Source: Leidyana gryllorum EB-2025a (taxonomy: Eukaryota; Protista; Apicomplexa). Taken from it: 17,526 bases of DNA. The stretch lies in NCBI GenBank assembly GCA_048772705.1, contig JBLWGC010000064.1, positions 1 through 17,526 on the forward strand, given 5' to 3'. This document shows, in pieces, positions 15,606-17,526 of the stretch; the stretch's first letter is position 1, and each line of letters starts with the position of its first letter. A program made the translations under genes and the position numbers. The notes beneath the pieces were generated by a model that was not told the origin of the DNA, did no database searches, and was given only the letters and a program-made list of their open reading frames with translations.

Positions 15606-15677
15606 GGCTGTTTGGTCTACTGGTATGATTCTTCCGTCGGGTGGAAGAAGTCCTGGGTTCCATTCCCAAAACAGCCC
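15606..15677 (+). tRNA. tRNA-Pro-CGG: tRNA-Pro(CGG), variant
   Basis: CTTCC-GT-CGG-GT-GGAAG; T-loop TTCCATT. Confidence 0.7.
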
Positions 15678-15753
15678 GCTTTGTTGTATCTTGACCCAAC
15701 CTGCCTGGCAGCATGGTTCTGGGTTCGGGTGATTCCTCGGAGAAAGTCGGAGG

Positions 15754-15826
15754 GGGAGTGTAGCGCAGCCGCTAGCGCGTAGGTCTCATAATCCTGAAGT
15801 CGAGAGTTCGAGCCTCTCCACTCTCG
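15754..15826 (+). tRNA. tRNA-Met-CAT: Elongator tRNA-Met(CAT), intronless, D-loop variant
   Basis: GGGAGTG/CACTCTC; TAGGT-CT-CAT-AA-TCCTG with U31:U39; TTCG T-loop; D-loop lacks GG. Confidence 0.75.
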
Positions 15827-15948
15827 CGGTCGGAATCGAAACCGCCGACAAACTCATCATGCTACCATTTTGCAGTCGGGAATCGCACACAGGTTATCTC
15901 GATGGCACTGGGTGACAGCCATTCCTCTTAAGCCTATCGATGCAACAA

Positions 15949-16020
15949 AGCCTTCTGCCGGAATCGAACCGGCGCCTTCTCGCTTACGAAGCGAACGCTC
16001 TGCCCCTAAGCTAAGAAGGC
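15949..16020 (-). tRNA. tRNA-Thr-CGT: tRNA-Thr(CGT)
   Basis: One substitution versus 915-986. Confidence 0.9.
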
Positions 16021-16096
16021 AATGTAATTTGGAGATAACGAAACGATGGCTACTGACGGAGATTAGTGGAGCACTTTGCTCGAGTACTTCAATGAC

Positions 16097-16169
16097 TTCC
16101 ACTGCCGGGACTTGAACCCGTATCGTGCGGGTGAGAGCCGCATATCCTAGCCACTTAAACTATAGTGGA
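16097..16169 (-). tRNA. tRNA-Glu-CTC: tRNA-Glu(CTC), variant
   Basis: Three substitutions versus 9553-9625. Confidence 0.72.
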
Positions 16170-16267
16170 CAAGTAGTCGAGTTTAGGCTTCGGCCGAGAG
16201 CCGAACCGACTCGGAAAGATTCCACCATCAATACGACTGGAATTTGTTACCAAGTCCGAGCTTTCTT

Positions 16268-16339
16268 GCCGCCCCATCTCCGTCGGTAGAGCGCAAGACT
16301 TTTGAAGGGAGAACCGCGGGTTCCTTCGGGCGGCGCGAG
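16268..16339 (+). pseudogene. tRNA-Lys(TTT) pseudogene
   Basis: GTCGGTAGAGCGCAAGACTTTTGA; 3' half decayed. Confidence 0.7.
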
Positions 16340-16406
16340 CAGTCGGAGGTAAAGCTTGCTGAACCGTATGTGAAGTCACTGGCCGCAAAATGCCAAGTTC
16401 GACAGC

Positions 16407-16489
16407 GGCAACTTGCCCGAGTGGTTAAGGGGGTAGACTAGAAATCTACTGGGCCCGGGCCGCGCTGGTTCAGAATCCAGCAGTTGTCG
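16407..16489 (+). tRNA. tRNA-Ser-AGA: tRNA-Ser(AGA), 1-nt T-loop insertion
   Basis: GTAGA-CT-AGA-AA-TCTAC. Confidence 0.78.
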
Positions 16490-16564
16490 TGCGATGTGGT
16501 TGGAGGGTTAAACACCAACTCACGCATGAATTTCTGAATGGTGGAAAAACAACCATGTGTTCTC

Positions 16565-16635
16565 TGCATCTGCCGGGAATCGAACCCCGGTCGTCTCGAT
16601 GGCAACGAGACATTCTACCACTAGACCACAGATGC
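16565..16635 (-). tRNA. tRNA-Gly-GCC: tRNA-Gly(GCC)
   Basis: Full length; one T-stem mismatch. Confidence 0.85.
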
Positions 16636-16714
16636 GTGACACCTTGTTGTTGAAGCTCGTACACGGTAACGGCCGTTTTCTGAACGAATGGAATGTCCGT
16701 GGCGTGTTCGAGCG

Positions 16715-16788
16715 TCCCGAGATAGCATAGTGGTTACTATTTTCGCATGTTACGCCTAGAGAGGCAGGTCCGATTGCCGGTAAATGAG
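16715..16788 (+). pseudogene. tRNA-Asp pseudogene
   Basis: Mirror of 2270-2342. Confidence 0.72.
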
Positions 16789-16811
16789 TCTGGAACGAGG
16801 GGGATGGTTTT

Positions 16812-16884
16812 GGGCCTATGGCGCAACGGTAGGGCGTCTGACTCCAGATCAGAAGGTTGGGGTGTTCGAATCACTCTGGGCTCA
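16812..16884 (+). tRNA. tRNA-Trp-CCA: tRNA-Trp(CCA)
   Basis: GGGCCTA/TGGGCTC-A; TCTGA-CT-CCA-GA-TCAGA; D-stem mismatch and one extra G. Confidence 0.78.
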
Positions 16885-16920
16885 ACCGGACTCTATGTTT
16901 TTCCCGTTTGGGGCGCAACC

Positions 16921-17000
16921 TGACAAAAGTGGGATTCGAACCCACAACCTTTCGGACTCCGGTCTGAGCACAGCGCCTCAGACCACTCGGTCATCTTGCC
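16921..17000 (-). pseudogene. tRNA-Leu(CAG), degenerate
   Basis: Mirror of 2061-2140. Confidence 0.75.
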
Positions 17001-17094
17001 GGGATGTTGTTGGCTCGCCGCTCCACGCGTTTTCTATCCCTGGAATCTCAAGATGGAAGGACTTTTGGGGTTTCAGGCCGGTGTGTTCGGAGCG

Positions 17095-17166
17095 TCCGAG
17101 ATAGTATAGTGGTTAGTATTTCCGCCTGTCGCGCGGAAGACCCGTGTTCGATTCCGGGTCTGGGAG
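17095..17166 (+). pseudogene. tRNA-Asp(GTC), degenerate
   Basis: T-stem and acceptor mismatches. Confidence 0.7.
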
Positions 17167-17222
17167 CGCCAGTTGATCTCGCTTAAGATTGTCTTTTTTG
17201 GTGCCCGCTGAAAGTTTCGAGC

Positions 17223-17294
17223 TACAGCCACCGAGGATCGAACCTGGGAACTTCGCGTGTTAAGCAGACGTCGTAACCACTAGACCATGGCTGC
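17223..17294 (-). pseudogene. tRNA-Val(AAC), degenerate
   Basis: 1-nt deletion in the anticodon stem and T-stem changes. Confidence 0.72.
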
Positions 17295-17358
17295 ATGGAT
17301 GGTCCCCGCAGCCCAAGAGAAGTGGCGAAGCTTCAGGGAGTAGTGAGGACCAGTTCAA

Positions 17359-17428
17359 GGGTCGCGCCGGGATCGAACCCAGGTCGGAAAATCCAAAGTG
17401 TCGAGTGCTAACCACCAAGGACGCAACC
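17359..17428 (-). pseudogene. tRNA-Gln(TTG) pseudogene
   Basis: Reverse complement of 4308-4377 with the same lesions. Confidence 0.8.
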
Positions 17429-17526
17429 GGTTCAGCCCATCCCAGAAGAGTCGGACTAGCGCTTCCTCAACTGGACACATGCAACACGGGTCTTGTATAC
17501 AGGCCCCAGCGTAAAGAGTTGGATTC

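Larger units (their letters stand above)
1..17526. other. Dense tRNA gene/pseudogene supercluster, open at both window edges
   Basis: About 110 tRNA-derived units on both strands, separated by 50-200 bp spacers that recur between modules. Confidence 0.95.
16535..17526. repeat. Inverted mosaic copy of about 1703-2520 and 4215-4560
   Basis: Gly-Asp(psi)-Trp-Leu(psi)-Asp-Val(AAC) mirrors 1767-2520; Gln(TTG psi) and beyond mirrors 4215-4440. Confidence 0.9.

Noticed and set aside
16812-16884. UGA-reading tRNA-Trp with a 4-bp anticodon stem (Blastocrithidia type)
   Set aside because: The stem TCTGA/TCAGA has all five pairs
14-17186. All listed ORFs (60-189 aa)
   Set aside because: They are short and overlap tRNA genes or their spacers; recurring peptides such as AWVRIP, GSIPG and GIEP are translations of T-arm sequence; no recognisable protein family
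1-17526. Stop-codon suppressor or selenocysteine tRNAs (CTA, TTA, TCA)
   Set aside because: None found when anticodon arms are put in register; the TCA in 2061-2140 is out of register (anticodon is CAG)
1-17526. CRISPR array, tRNA-derived SINE family, or bacterial/phage tRNA array
   Set aside because: No constant repeat with unique spacers; many isotypes with no shared SINE body or tail; eukaryotic features (A34 anticodons, A54 initiator, no CCA, 37/38 intron)
1-17526. Interspersed 5S rRNA, U6 or spliced-leader genes
   Set aside because: No motif recognised by eye; an Rfam cmscan of the longer spacers (3430-3670, 13960-14100, 14680-14880) would be needed to exclude them

Overview
Non-coding window filled end to end by a dense array of eukaryotic nuclear-type tRNA genes and tRNA pseudogenes: about 110 tRNA-derived units by hand count (roughly one per 160 bp, on both strands), about half close to intact cloverleaves. 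All 20 amino acids plus initiator Met are represented (about 36 tRNA species counting degenerate copies). Eukaryotic hallmarks: A34 anticodons (AGT, AAC, AAG, AGC, AGG, AGA), initiator Met with A1-U72 and A54/A60, no encoded CCA, tRNA-His without a genomic G-1, and a position 37/38 intron in tRNA-Tyr. The array is built from multi-gene modules reused in direct and inverted orientation, including a 1.5 kb inverted repeat. Homologous positions often carry different synonymous anticodons. No ORF looks like a real CDS. The organism cannot be identified from sequence alone; the Tyr-only intron pattern suggests a protist. All calls and coordinates are from manual reading; ends of degenerate units are approximate.
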